This document shows, piece after piece, positions 26,847-41,176 of a DNA stretch of 64,000 nt (position 1 is the stretch's first letter; each line of letters starts with the position of its first letter). Both the position numbers and the translations under genes were made by a program. This DNA comes from Octopus vulgaris (lineage: Eukaryota). The stretch is taken from NCBI GenBank assembly GCA_951406725.2, contig OX597827.1, positions 6,882,001 to 6,946,000 on the forward strand. The letters are read 5' to 3'. The notes beneath the pieces are model-generated. The model saw only the letters and a program-made list of their open reading frames with translations. It did no database searches and was not told the DNA's origin.

Positions 26847-27257
26847 GGCGCAGGAGTGGCTGTGTGGTAAGTAGCTTGTTTACCAACCACAGGGTTCCGA
26901 GTTCAGTCCCACTGCGTGGCACCTTGGGCAAGTGTCTTCTACTCTAGCCTCGGGCCGACCAAAGCCTTGTGAGTGGATTTGGTAGACGGAAACTGAAAGA
27001 AGCCCGTCGAATATATGTATGTATATATATATATGTGTGTTTGTGTGTCTGTGTTTGTCCCCCTAGCATTGCTTGACAACCGATGCTGGTGTGTTTATGT
27101 CCCCGTTACTTAGCGGTTCGGCAAAAGAGACCGATAGAATAACTACTGGGCTTACAAAAGAATAAGTCCCGGGGTCGAGTTGCTCGATTAAGGGCGGTGC
27201 CCCAGCATGGCCGCAGTCAAATGACTGAAACAAGTTAAAGAGTAAAGAGTAAGAGAG
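26847..27257 (+). mobile_element. Full-length family A tRNA-derived SINE
   Basis: GGCGCAGGAGTGGCTGTGTGGTAAG head, GAGTTCAGTCCC B-box-like, (AAGAGT)n tail. Partial copies at 19474-19616(-), 20846-21060(-), 33465-33650(+), 35055-35240(-) and 48248-48506(-). Confidence 0.9.
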
Positions 27258-27602
27258 CATGAAAGTATGAAGGCTATATACAATTTCAAGACAATGGATT
27301 AATTAAATCGTATTAGTATATCTGTGTTGCCGGTGCTCCAGTATGGCTTTATGTGACACCAAAAGAGACTAAAGTTCTGAAGAACATAACTGTTTAGAAC
27401 TTTCTAGGTTTGCAGTTCTATTGGAACAGTTGCTTTCCTTTTCATATTGTTTGTGTTGCCTGCAAATTATAAAATTTTAGCTGTTCAAACTCATAATATT
27501 CTCAGACAAGTGGGTATTGAAAATTGGTCTCTGAACCTCATACACACACACAGCTATAGTAATACAGAGGGGATCGAACAGAGCTTGGTAAATTAACCTT
27601 AA

Positions 27603-27825
27603 CCCTTTCATTACTAACCTGGCTGAAACCGGCACTGGCTCTGAGGAGTACAAATGTCTTGTTTTCATAAGATTTGAATTAAAATCTTCCACCAAACTTT
27701 AATCACAATTTATGTTCCTAATAGTAGCTAAATGATAACTAAGTTATTTTACTAAATTCTTTGTTATATTCAAAGTAAGTGAAAGAAATACAGAACAGCT
27801 CAAAATAAATACAGTAATGAAAGGG
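27603..27825. mobile_element. piggyBac-type MITE
   Basis: TTAA|CCCTTTCATTAC ... GTAATGAAAGGG|TTAA. Confidence 0.85.
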
Positions 27826-28081
27826 TTAAACACCCCTGTTTATCTTTGGTTAAACAGATTACTCTGTCAAAAAGTATTCTAATTCAACTTCTCAATTCAG
27901 CAACCTATAAAGAGTTAAACAATTGTTCACTGATTCTAGGTATCCCGCAAATCCATGTATGCATCGAAAGTATTATTGATGCATTTGATGTACCATAATA
28001 TTTAGTAAACAAAAACGAATGGCTAATTCAAAACATCACTACATATGTTTCAATGGCATGGCTTATTCAAAATATAGTTTA

Positions 28082-28619
28082 CTAGCAGAAATACCCGTTG
28101 TTGACTGGGTTCAGAAAGAGTCTTCAAAAATTATACCCTGATTTATGAAAGTTACTGCTTCAATATTATTGAATCTTTTGTAGCGGAATATCCACAAGCT
28201 CTTATTGCCAGGCTTCGACCCAAAAAGTTATAATATTTTACTATTGGGTCTGATAGTCCGTCTCTTCAGCTCTTTCTCTTTTCCTATGCTGAGATTGCTT
28301 AGGTAGTCCAAATCTAATTATTTTTGGAGGTATTGTAGTAGGATGAATTAATCTATATGACAGGGGACTTAACTCATGTTAGCAAACTTACAGATTTCCC
28401 TGATGTGAAAATTGGTAAAAGTTATGGTCAAAAAGCTATTCTTACCGCTATCCGGGGGCACCTCAGGAAAAAATAAGTTGACAAAATCACAGCCATGGTT
28501 GTGACCAATGTCCTCCTAAAATTGGAGTGACATGCATGCTAATTTGTGGTCGTGCATAAAGTACATTCACGTACACACACACACACACACATACACATCC
28601 TGCCTTTTATAGATATAGA
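28082..28619 (-). mobile_element. Non-autonomous Helitron
   Basis: Minus strand starts TCTATATCTATAAAAGG and ends with an imperfect hairpin (CCCAGTCAACAACGGG) plus CTAG. Confidence 0.65.
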
Positions 28620-29066
28620 TAACATTATGTAATTTCGTGTTGTTATGTAACCATTCCATTTCTTCAGGTGATATTTTGCAAAATATTTCCAAAATATTTG
28701 GTAGAATATTGCCTTAAGGAATTTAGATTGATTTCCTGTAAGCTTTTGACATGAGCATTAGACATGCTCTGAGAATAATTGGCAAGTTGGGCTGCCCATC
28801 AATGATTGCTTGATAATTTGTTTCTCAGAGTACACACTGCTATAAAAGTTTATTTAGCTCAAATTATGTTCCATTGAAATTTATTCAAGTGGACTGGAAT
28901 AGTTCTGAACAGCATGATATCCCTGTGTCAATTTTTTTCACCATATATGTTGCAGTTGCAATTACACATGCATTTAAAGAGTGTGATCTAAGAAGAGCTG
29001 TCTTCGTAACATAATAGACCATGTGGTTATGGTTTGAAGTATCCATTCATTTATGTTTACTATATA

Positions 29067-29111
29067 CTAGCAGAGATACCCGGCATTGCTAGGGATTAAA
29101 ATGGCATAGTT

Positions 29112-29148
<37 letters not shown>

Positions 29149-31460
29149 TACATTACATTCATGTTGAAACAGGTGATACGGGAAAGTGCAGCATTGATGA
29201 CAAAACATTTGTTGAGTAAATGACAATTTGAGTTTAGCTCACCAATTTGGGCAGAATTATAATTTTTATAAGAATGGGATGGATCATATCTAAAAGTAGC
29301 TCCAGGTGTTGTGAAGAATGAATTTGTACATGGTCTGTTTTGGAGAACTATTCTATTGGACCTCTGTGTAATCTGGCGTGCTAAATGTTGTTTTAATGAT
29401 TCAGCATTAAGTGCTGCAGCATACCTTCACTGATCTTGGGAAAGTATCATCTCTCTTCTCTCTTGAGACTCCATCAGACGTACTGCAGCAGGCCTTTGGT
29501 GATTTTGAGAAAGTCTCATCTCTCTTCTCTCTTGGGACTCCATCTGATGTGCTGCAGCATGCTTTTGCTGATGTTGAGAAAGTCTCCTCTCCCTTCCCTC
29601 TTGAGACTGTATTTGATCTGCTGCAGCATGTGTTTGGTGATCTTTAGAAAGTCTCATGTCCCTTCTGTATTCAAACTCCATCTAACATGCCACAGCATGC
29701 CTTTGCTGATGTTGAGAAAGTCTCATGTCCATTATCTCTTGAGACTCTCGCCTTCAGTTTTCTGCACTCCTCCTTGCTTTGTAGGTGTTTCTGGAGAGGT
29801 TACAGTTTGCCTTTGGTAGCATATTTTTTTCACTATCTTAAACATAAAATTATGTACACAAAAAAATATGTATTAATCTCTATTTTTGTAAGCAGTTGTA
29901 CCGTAAATCTTCGAGTATAATCCGCATTTTTTCCCCAAACTTTAAAGGTCAAAATCCCTAGTGTGTACTATATACGAGGTTAAAAATGGAAAATATTTTC
30001 TAACCAATGTCCAAGTCTCTATTTGCTGTCCGGCAATATTTATTCAGACGCATTTTGTGATGTCGGGCATGAAAATACCTTAAGCTAAGCCTGAAAGCAA
30101 TGAAGAATCATCTATAATTTGCAGTAAGCAACATTTATTAAAATAAATGTATTCAGAACACAGAATAACATGTAGCAAAAACAATTTGCAAACATATTTA
30201 CATTCCCATATAACAGTTAAGAACATCACCATTATTGTATTACGCATGCGCGGAAGTGTTTGTTTGACTAGGTACTGCTGACTTAATTATGCACGACTCA
30301 AGTTAGAGAAGGGGTGCGTATCATACACAAGGTTTAGGTTTTTCAGAGGTACAACCCCCTAAAAATCCCCTGCATGTTATACTCAAGGGCGGACTATACT
30401 CGAGGATTTACGGTATGTATGTAGTATGTCTATATTTTTGCATGCAGTGGAAAGTAACCAAATATAAGCAAATTGTAAATACCTTGCAACTGCTGCAATA
30501 ATTATGAACTGTTAATGGTACAGTAGACGTGTATTTTTATATAACTTGGACTTTCCATGTAATTGTTTTTTGTCAAAAGTTTATGTAGATGTATGTGTGT
30601 TTAACAGCGTAGGTAACAGGCATGCAAACACACACATTCATAGACACATATACATTCATATAAAAAATGTGATGATATGCACACATACACTCTCTATACA
30701 GACAGATACATGTAGTAAGAGAGACACATACAGACATACATTCAAGCATGTCAGTCGTCACATGTATATATGTATGCGTAGATGTGTGTGTTTAACATAC
30801 CTGACATGGAAACACACACACAGTCAGCGAGACATACACCCACACACATCCACTCAGAGGCACATACACACTCATATATGTGACGTTGTTGTCGTCATGG
30901 TTTGAAATGTCCTTTACTATCTCGTACACATCGAATGCGCAAACACACACACAAAAGTGAAAAAATAAAGGTGAAGCAATATTACACAACAGTTTTCGAT
31001 AGAGGAAGAAATGTAAATAGTGTATTTAAATAGATGGAGTGCAGAAGATCTAAAATAAGTAAAGTAGTGTTGTAGGGAGAATGTACAAATAGTGTAAAGC
31101 CAAAGACATTTACACCAGACAAAACTGAAATACACTGACATCAATTTTCAGAGAGAGAGATCTGTATATGTGAAAGTGCAAAAAAGAAAAAGAGATAAAT
31201 AGAGAGGGAGCGAGAGAATCAAAGGGAGAGAATTGGTTGAAAACTGTAGTTTTTTAGAGAAAAACCCACGTGAAAATCTTTTTTCACTGTCAGTTTGTTG
31301 CATTATGCAGGAGCTCTGAGCAAAATGTTATAGTGCATGACCATTCATGGCACATAAGTAATGTGTGTGTAAAGTTTGGTGAAAACCGGTTAAAAACTGC
31401 AGAAATGCATATGCATTACACACACAGACACACACACACACACAGAGACATCCTGTGTTT

Positions 31461-31480
<20 letters not shown>
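29067..31480 (-). mobile_element. Internally deleted Helitron retaining the 5' part of the RepHel ORF, including a 69-bp coding minisatellite
   Basis: 3' hairpin+CTAG at 29067. Degenerate minus-strand ORF from ATG at about 29823: MLPKANCNLSRNT..., (ESQERRE.RLSQ..HAAA)x5 at 29411-29750, then TFRYDPSHSY...IGELNSNC, a Helitron N-terminal motif. 5' end approximate. Confidence 0.65.
29901..30413. mobile_element. Tc1/mariner-superfamily (pogo/Tc2-like) MITE nested in the Helitron
   Basis: TA|CCGTAAATCTTCGAGTATAATCCGC ... GCGGACTATACTCGAGGATTTACGG|TA. Confidence 0.88.
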
Positions 31481-31499
<19 letters not shown>

Positions 31500-32118
31500 T
31501 ACTTTTATCTTTTACGTGTTTCAGTCATTATACTGTGGTCATGCCAGTGCACCACTTTGAAGAATTTTTAGTCAAATGCTAACATGGAAGGTGGATGTTA
31601 AGCAATGATGATGATGATGAATTAACCCAAATACTTATCTTCTTTTTCAAACCGGGTACTTATTCTATTGGTCTCTGTTGCTGAACCACTAAGTTACAGG
31701 GATATAAACACACCAACACCAGTTGTCAAACAGCAGTGGGGGACAAACACAGGTAGATAGACAAACACACACACACACACACACACACATATATCTATGT
31801 GTGTGTGTGTGTATGTATGTGTGTATATATATATGTATATATATATGTATATATATATGTATATATATATGTGTGTGTATATATATATGTATATATATAT
31901 GTATGTATATATATATACATAAGTATATATATACATATGTATATGTGTGTATGTGTATATGTATATATATATATGTGTGTATGTGTATATGTATATATAT
32001 ATGTGTGTATGTGTATATGTATATATATATGTATGTATATATATATACATAAGTATATATATATACATATGTATATGTGTGTATGTGTATATATGTATAC
32101 ATATGTATTATGTGTATG

Positions 32119-32165
<47 letters not shown>

Positions 32166-32316
32166 GATGGGCTTCTTTTATGTGTCTTCCAAATCCACGC
32201 ACAGAGCTTTGCAGCCCGAGCCTTTCGTAGAAGACAGTTGCCCAAGGTGCTATACAGTGGGACTGAATTTGGAACCATGTGTTTGAGGATCAAGCTTCTT
32301 ACCACACAGCCATTCC
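31500..32316 (-). mobile_element. Family A SINE with an about 400-bp expanded internal TA/TG microsatellite
   Basis: Tail at 31500-31760 and head at 32165-32316. Confidence 0.75.
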
Positions 32317-32334
32317 AGTCCACTTGAGCAGGTT

Positions 32335-32830
32335 TCAATTGACGACAGTTTGAGTTAAATGAACTTTTAAATCAGTGTGTAGTGGGACAAACAAATCAGT
32401 AAACATTGGTGGACAGCCCAGCTTGTTAAAGATTCTCAGAGCATTTCTATTGCTTATGTCAAAAGCTGTTATGAGATCAACCTCAACTTGATTAATGGAA
32501 AGCCTCTGTTCTATGCATATCTCAGGTAATACCTTACCAAATCTAAATACATATTGTAACTCTGGGTCATTGATGAAGCATATGCATGTCTGCACTTCAT
32601 TCAATAAAAGTCTGGTAAATATCTTATTCACAGTTAGAAGTAAGGAAATACCATGAAAATTATTATGATTAGACTCAACACCTTTTCTCTTGTACAGTGA
32701 AATCGGTATGGCATCTCTCCAATCCTGTGGAACTGGAGAGCTGTACTGTATGTTGACAGCTAAGTCACAAGATCAATCACTACATCACTGCTGAATAACC
32801 TTATCTGCAATATCATCAACTCTTGTTTTT
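32335..32830 (-). mobile_element. RTE (BovB-like) LINE reverse-transcriptase fragment
   Basis: PELQY.FR.G...CIEQ...VDL.TAFD..NR.AL...KLGCPP.F...LH. Confidence 0.75.
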
Positions 32831-32990
32831 CTTTTGTTCATTTATATGAAACTCTGTGTTTGTCGCTCACCTCTTAATATATATTGTTGGTTTGTTTACA
32901 ACTCATTAGTATTGCCACTCAGAAAAATGTGAGTGATTGAAGAAGGACTAGTCTTAAAACAAGTACTGGAGTTGATTTGATTGATGAGAC

Positions 32991-33339
32991 CAGTGGTTCT
33001 CAACTGGGGTCTTTATGGCCCCTGAGGGTCCTTATAAGATTTTGGGGGTCCACACAATAAAATAGTTAATTGGGGATCCACAATAGTATTTTAATGGCCC
33101 TTGAAAAAATTTTGCTTTCGATGTATGTATTGGTATGTATTGCAAGAAATAGCTAGGGTTCTTTCTCTAACATTTAACATAGTCCAACTTACACAGGTTA
33201 ATGTGTGAAAAACAAAATAGGAATGTTGAAAGCAGTATCTATAAAACTAGTTTTTAAACATCGAATGGCCATGGGAGTCCACCAGAATAAAATAGTAATC
33301 AAAGGGGTCCTTTGATAAAAAAACAGTTGAGAATCCCTG
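32991..33339. mobile_element. hAT (Charlie-like) MITE inserted in a SINE tail
   Basis: TIRs CAGTGGTTCTCAACTG / CAGTTGAGAATCCCTG; degenerate 8-bp flanks GATGAGAC / GATTAGGT. Confidence 0.75.
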
Positions 33340-33698
33340 GATTAGGTTCTTCAAGATGTACCCAGGCATGGCTGTAGCCAAATCACTGAAATAACTAAAA
33401 GAATAAAAGTGTGTGTGTGTGTGTGTATCTTTGTGCCTTTGTTTGTCCAGCCCCCCCCCCCCCCCACTACCACTTGACAACCAATGTTGGTGTGTTTATG
33501 TCCCAGTAACTTAGTTGTTTGGCAAAAGAGACCGATAGAATAAATAGCAGGCTTATAAAAAAGTAATTATTGGTGTTGATTCCTTCAGCTAAAGCTTCTT
33601 TGAGGTGGTGACCAAGTCTAACAACTGGAACAAGTAAAAGATAAAAGATATACAGTCGTGTGTGGGGGGGGGGCACGTGATGGTGTGTGTGCTTATAA

Positions 33699-33733
<35 letters not shown>

Positions 33734-33771
33734 CAAATATATAGGAGGAGGAGGAGGAGACCCCCTTCGGT

Positions 33772-34091
33772 TATGAATGACCATGGGATTGCACCTAGAA
33801 AGTTACCCTCTGAGGCACAAGTCCGGGCAAAGCTGTTTATGGAAGGCCAACAGTCGCCCATGCATACCAGCCTCCCCTCTCCATGCCACCAATGTCATTC
33901 AAGAGAAAGGCAAAGGCTGATACAGCTTGGCACCAGTGATGTTGTAACTCATTTCTACAGCCAAGTGAACTGGAGCAACATGAAATAAAGCGTCTTGCTC
34001 AAGAACACAGCACACACAGCCCAGTCTAGGAATCGAACTCACAACCTCACGATCATAAGCTCTACACTCTAACCACTGAGCCATGTGCCTT
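33772..34091 (-). mobile_element. tRNA-derived SINE
   Basis: Minus-strand head GAAGGCACATGGCTCAGTGGTTAGAG ... GAGTTCGATTCC (A and B boxes). Confidence 0.82.
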
Positions 34092-34098
34092 CACACAA

Positions 34099-34129
<31 letters not shown>

Positions 34130-34161
34130 TATGTGTGTAAATATGTCTGTAAGAATGTATG

Positions 34162-34198
<37 letters not shown>

Positions 34199-35342
34199 GT
34201 GTGTGTATTTATATACACATTCATATACCCTTATATACATACATTCTTGTGTGTGTGCATGCGTGTGCATGCACGTGTGAGAGAGAGAGAGAGAGCGATC
34301 AAACATATAAATCATTGTATATATAAGTATGTATTTCTCTGCATATTTATGTGCAAGTGTTTGCAAGTGTGCACGTGCATATGGTAGTTTATAATTTCTA
34401 AGTGAAACATCTATTGGAAATAATGATATTTATCAGATGCTCCATCAGGTTTGTCTAATGCCAGCTTCAACAGAACAATCATTAGGAGAAAAACCTTCAG
34501 ATGTCAAAGACTACAATTGCAAGATATTAGAGAAAGCATCTGGAGGCAAGTTTAGTTCATTAGATCACCAAGTCTACTAAGTTAAACACTGATACAACAT
34601 CTACATTACCATTGATGTTATGTAATTAGAATTTTGTCTTTTTAGCTTAATTTTATAGACCATATTTACACACTTCCTCTATCAGTCCAGTAACCTTAAT
34701 ATATACATACATACATACATACATGTCACACATACACACATTAGACATGCGCACATACATACACATCGATAATATTGTATGAATATGTACATATATATTT
34801 GAACGGATGTATGTGTGAACGCAAACAAGGTTGTTAATATAGATGAGCAAAAACCTATGCATAGACACAGACAAACACAGACATAAAAGACAAGATGTTT
34901 AACATATATACACAAACACACATCCACCTCCCTATACATCATGCATATATATATATATGTGTGTGTGTGTGTATGTATGTATATACATACACACTCAAGC
35001 ATAAATATACATGTATTTATCGGTCACTTTCTCTCTACGTTCACATGCTTTTAAATCTTTTATTTCTGTCTCAGTCATTTGACTGCGGCCATGCTGGAGC
35101 ACCACCTTAAAGGGTGTTAGTCAAAGAAATCGACCCCCACGACTTATACTAGTACTTATTTTATCACTCCCTTTGCCAAACCACTAAGTTTCAGCACCAG
35201 CTGTCAAGCAATAGCAATGGGGTCAAACACACACACACACAAATATATATATATATATATATATACACCAGAGTATATGCTAATATTGGCATAATGATGC
35301 TCCCCGGACACAACACAACATGCATATGTGTGAGTGTGTGTG

Positions 35343-35382
<40 letters not shown>

Positions 35383-36457
35383 CTAGCTGAGTATCCTGTC
35401 CTTGCCAGGTAGTTTTCACAACAGAATGCTTTAGCAGATTTTTTAAATAACACCCATAAAAGTTGAATTTTCTCCATTTTTACAGACACTTTTCAAATTT
35501 CTTTTTCTACTACACCCTTGCAAAAGATGGAGGCGGTGGGGTATGAAAAATGTTTGAAAATTTATGAATTACCCTTCCCCACTTCCAGACCAATTTTTTT
35601 TCCCTATAAACATATTTTTCTGGAATGATTATGGTATGTAAGCAACAACAAAATTAAAATTTGTAATTTAAATTTTTGATCCCTACCCTGCATCAAATGA
35701 GTCTTTGCGTGTAAGAAAAAACATATTTACTCACAGAAAAGAATGCTATTAAAATAAATTATCTTTAACATGCCTTTTTTTAAATCACTCTGTTGTCCTA
35801 ACAAAAATTTCTTACACACATACATACACACACACTGACAAACATGTTCACACTCAGTGTGAGAAAGTGAGAGAGTGTTATAAACATATATGTGTAGAGT
35901 GTGAAAGTTCACCATAACAAAAGCAAAAAATGAGACTGGGGGGGGGAGAGAGAGAGAGAGAGACGGACAGACAGACAGATCTTTGCTGTTGCTGTCACGG
36001 ATTTTGAAATTTTTTAATTAAGTGAAAATTTGCAAAATTTGGTATAGTGATGTACTTTTCCACACCGAATCTGAGTTGGTGATTCATTTATTCCAGAAAA
36101 TCTTTTGAAAAATGTTACAGAGGTTTAAAGTTTGATAAATTTTATCCAATCAGAAAAGAAGATTTGTGCATAATGAAAGTAAACATTAAAAGACATGTTT
36201 TAAACAAAGAGAGTGAGTATCAAAGAGTACATAGATATATATAGATACGTTGGTGGTGAAAGATGGAGAGTGGGAGGGTTGTTGATCTAAAAGTAATTTC
36301 ATGTAGTAAATTATATTTTTCATGGTTATGGACAACATTTTCTTTGGGATGCAGACTTCAAAAATCAACTTTATTTTTTCAAAGGATGCACCATTTCAGA
36401 GCCTTTCTAGGCTAAACACTCATACATAACCAAATGCACTCACATTTATATAGTAGA
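35383..36457 (-). mobile_element. Probable non-autonomous Helitron
   Basis: Minus strand starts TCTACTATATAAA and ends CCTGGCAAGGACAGG hairpin plus CTAG. Confidence 0.5.
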
Positions 36458-36477
36458 TATAAATACATATACATGTG

Positions 36478-36840
36478 TGTGTTGGGCCATCTCATAATAA
36501 TGCGATTTTTTTTATACTTCATTTATTTTTCAAAATTAAGATAAGCAAAATACTTTTTTAATCTAAAATGTACTCTCCTTCATTTTCTACAATGCTCTTC
36601 TCATCTATCTGGTAGACTTGCAAGGCCTCTCTTCCAAAATTCACTTGTCCATGATGATGAATACTCCTCCAGTACAATTCTGACCTCATCTACAGAATTC
36701 ATATTTTTGCCATCCAAATGATTTTGAAGACTGCGGAATAAATGATCAGATGGGACACTATCTGGCGAACATGGTGGATGGGGCATCGTTTCCCATTCAA
36801 ACCGCTGTACTCTTTCACCACAACTTTCTCTCACTGTTTC
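36478..36840 (-). mobile_element. mariner transposase 3' fragment with terminal region
   Basis: PHPPCSPDSVPSD.HLFRSLQNHL...FWKRGLASLPDR (cf. HPPYSPDLAPSD). Confidence 0.88.
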
Positions 36841-37096
36841 TTCTGTTGGCCTGCTCGCTTAGCCAGTGGGGTGGTGTCCTTTGAAGGCTAAAACAACGCA
36901 AAGCGCATTGTGACCAGCGATGTGTAGCAACATCTAATAGCCTGGTCGGTCACGTGATCACATGATATATGCGTATATATGTATACACATATGTATATAT
37001 ATATACACACACACATATATATATACACACATATATACACACATATATATACACACACACATATATATATATATATACAACATGTATATATGTATA

Positions 37097-37145
<49 letters not shown>

Positions 37146-37274
37146 TATATATATATACACACAAACATGTATTATGTATATATATTTAAATATATATATA
37201 TATATATACATATATGTGTATATATATATATATATATACACACACACATATATATGTGTGTGTGTATATATATA

Positions 37275-37540
37275 TTGTTGTGTCTGGGCTGAGTCATTCT
37301 TTTAGTGCCTTACTATTTAACACACTCACCGGTTTAGTTTCCACTCATTTATTCATTTTTTTCGAAAATTTTCGTTGTGTCTTGCAATCTTTTCAATAGG
37401 GAGAGTCAACGACTATTGAAACGGCTGCAAGACAATGAAAATTTTTAGTAAGAAAATGAAGTAAATGAGTGGAAACTAAACCAGTGAGTGTGTTGAATAA
37501 TAAGGCACTAAAAGCAAATGACTCTATCCAGACAACAAAA
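37275..37540. repeat. Imperfect palindrome (about 120-bp arms, about 13-nt spacer) beside (TA)n
   Basis: TTGTTGTGTCTGG..GAGTCATT..TTTAGTGCCTTA...TTCAATAG / CTATTGAA...TAAGGCACTAAA..AATGACTC..CCAGACAACAA. Confidence 0.88.
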
Positions 37541-38449
37541 TATGCTTCAACACACAAACTCATGTAAAAACTCTTGCAAACCAAATCCCAAAAGGATATA
37601 TATATCATCATTGTAATGACCACTTTTCCATACTTGCATTGGTTGGGCAGAATTTATTGGAGCAGGTCTTCCTGTCACCAACTCTATAGAAGACAATGAA
37701 AAGGCTTGAAATCAAGCTTCTTAACCATGGAGTCACAACTTTAAACACATCTGAATTTACATTGAATTTTAGAAAGAAAACAAGTCAACATAAAAATATT
37801 CAAATTTGATATCATTTATTCATTTATAAGAATATACATTAACATACCTAAAACAAAATGAAAACAATGATAAAATAATAGTCAACATAGTTTGAAATTT
37901 GTATGACATGAAATATACATCAGATACATGAATAAAATGCTGCATTTCTTAATCATCTTTTGTAAATAGATGATTGTGATTACATGTATGTATATGCAAA
38001 ATATATATATATTGTTGTACTTTGAGAGGATAATGCTGCCAATGAAAATATGTACAGACTAGTAGTTCACTTCTGTATTGTTACTTATTGAATGGTTTAC
38101 CAAAATTTGTCACCACCAACTCTAGACTTCATTTCTTTTTTTAATTTGTGCATAAGTATGAATGTAGGTGCTGATGGCAGGGTTCGGTGTTTATGAGAAA
38201 GAACAGAATTTGTTTGTGTTTTTTTTAATCCTTTCTTTTTGTAAATACACACACATATCTTCCCCCATCCACCCTTACACACACACATACATACGTGTTG
38301 CTGCACATCACCTGGGATAGTAAATTGTTCCATGTAGCAAACTAATTTTCCAGTACCTTGTTTTTGTGGTGATGGTGGTGTGAAGATGGCATTTATGTTT
38401 AAGTGTGCTGGTAGTGAAGGGGTTTGTTGTTACTCCACTCATGGGAGAG

Positions 38450-39500
38450 GATAGGATTCGAATTCTACTTCCAGTATGTGCACTGCTTCAGTGACTTGTC
38501 TATGTGCCGGATATTGTGGATGGACAGTGAGAATTGAATGAATTTTCATTTAGATGTTTTTGATCCATTGTATTTATGCAGGTATATTGGTAGTGTATAG
38601 ATATTAGTCTCCTTTCATTGCCTTCTCACAAAGTTCTTCAAACCTTTCATCTATACTACAGACCATTTCTCCAATATAATTTGCACCAGCACATTTCTAT
38701 ACACCTCATGCAATACACTACATTATACATTGCTAGTTTTGCAGATTATCTGTGGGTTGGCTCTACACACCCTGCAGTTTTTGTTAGTAAAGCAGTTTTT
38801 CAAATAGATATGACCTACTAAATAATGGCTTCATGTATAGACTTCCTTTCTACTACTTCGCATCTAAGCTGTTTCATGCTCTGCTTTTATGAAATTATTC
38901 ACTCCTGGGTGCAGCATCTCTAAAAATTACATTCTGAAACACCATGGGCCTAATTAGCCTAATTCTATTCCTTTCTAATTCGCTCTGCTATATGGAACAT
39001 ATGCATATTTTATTCACATCATTGCTGAGCATAATTTCAAACATTTTCTTGGTTCTTTTGTATACTCTGAGTCAGTTCTATCAGTTATATCCAAAGAATT
39101 ACATGTGTTGTATGAAAACTTGTATGTGCTATTGTACAAGCTTGCTAAGTCAGTTTATTAGGAATGCTTATTTTTATGTTATCTAACATAGTGGAGCTCT
39201 GGTGACCAAGATACTTTAACAGATTTTGCATAATGTGAATGTAAGATCGTTCATGTTTTCAAGCAATATTTTAATATCCAGAATGTCTTTTATTGTGGAT
39301 ACTGGATGGATAGTAAATGGTCACCTTGATGCTCTTGTGGGTGGAGTTTGCTATATTCTGAATGTTATCCATGAATATCCTTTCGGCAGAGAGTAACAAA
39401 TATGGTTTGAGTCATTTTTACAAATCAAAAGTACAATATTTCAGTTAAAATTCTTTGTTCAGTAGTTACATCACTTATTCCATGTCATGAAGAGTTTGGC
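38450..39500 (-). mobile_element. Degenerate Penelope-like retroelement (RT C-terminal part plus GIY-YIG endonuclease)
   Basis: Frameshifted minus-strand motifs ANSTHKSIKVT, ILDIKI, then C..C...CKTSNV VYCMRC..C GANYIGE..CSIDERFEE and RQVTEAVHI. Confidence 0.65.
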
Positions 39501-41143
39501 TACAACTGATGTGAAAGCACCATTCTCTTTATTAAATAGTTCACTGCTGAATTATATCATATACAAATCTTGAGCCATTTTTAAGCCAGTACAAACAACA
39601 CATCATTACATTTCATATTTGATCAGGATTCACTGAGATTTACTCCATCCCTTAATGTACATTAGAAAAGAGGTATTTTTTTTTTTGGTTGAGATGTTAG
39701 TGGATAATGTACCTTATTTGTGTCAGGTAGAGTAAAATACTATTAGGTCATGTCTGTCAAAGTAATCATTATCACATTTGAATTTTACGAGTCTTAGCTT
39801 GTTGACATCACAAAATACCACATTGCTTTCACAAAGCCATGTACAGCAAAATCTCACTATGGAAAAATCAACATCAGTAGATTGATAGATATAGAGATAA
39901 TTCACCTACACTTTTTTGGTAATGAATTCTGTAAGGTTGCAGAAGTAGTTGAAATAATTCATCCTGCTGAATGTAGTGTATGTATTGTAACCGCCTGGAC
40001 ATTGTTTTGTGAGTGTACAATCACTATGAGGAAATATGACACCTCTGTGCAGGGCCAACATCTCCAGGAACTACAAGCTAAGGTGAGTGACCAGAGTTAG
40101 ATTTATGACTGTTTGTGGTGGGAACATTGATGGTGGATGGGAAGTTGTTTGCAATTTGTCTTTCCAGAGTTCAGAATACCTTTGGCAGAATGACCATCCT
40201 AAAGTATAACAGTGTCTATTTCAACACAGTTTCACATCACAAAATCTTGCAAATGCAGATATGAAAAAGGCACATGTATTTTTTTTTTATGTATAGATAC
40301 AATTTATAGAATTACTCACACAAACATTAACTCATTCATTCACACATGCAATAGTTTGTTGTATTTCATTTTGTTTGTTTTGTTTTGTTAGACTAGAAAG
40401 TAAGTGTTTTGTATGTGTACAATGTAATGCATAAACATGTGTAGTAATAAAGATATAAAATTTATACCTGTGAGTTTCATAAGAGCCAGCCTCATTTGGG
40501 CAAATGGAACTAATCAGTTGGAGAAAAGTAAACGAATGGTCTTAATTCCTGATTGATTTTCTATTGTTTTGCAAACTCAAGTTTCATTCTCAGTGCATGT
40601 CAGGATATCTTCTTTAACCCTTTAATATTTAAACTGGTTATAACTGGTTCAAATAGTCTGTTTTATGTTCAAACTAACCAGATTTGGCTTCACATACCTA
40701 TCCTACAATGTTATTCTAAAAATATACAATCACATCACCCACATTGCATAACTACTTCAAAACAATGTGAATAGATAAGCATAACATTTGATAAACTAAT
40801 CTGAATGGATTAATTGCTTGAGTATGCAACACCAGTTCAATATAGGTTCAGATTCATCTTTTCTATGAAGCAGAGGTAACAGAAACTCAACCTCTTTTCC
40901 TTGTTCATTATTTTATATTTGTTTTTTCCTCCTTATCTCTATTTCTAAAATATATCTACAAAATCACCCAACAAATGCATTATTTGCTTTTAAGCCACTG
41001 AAAGTACCTTCAACTGGAATATAAACTGGCTGCATATGTAAATAAGGAATAAGTTTTAAATCTCAATTACACACATAGAGATGTGTATGTATATATGTGT
41101 GTGTATATGCGTGTATTTATATATATATATGTATATATATATA

Positions 41144-41176
<33 letters not shown>

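Noticed and set aside
26847-26920. tRNA genes at SINE heads
   Set aside because: A/B-box-like motifs are present but there is no complete cloverleaf, and they continue into SINE bodies.
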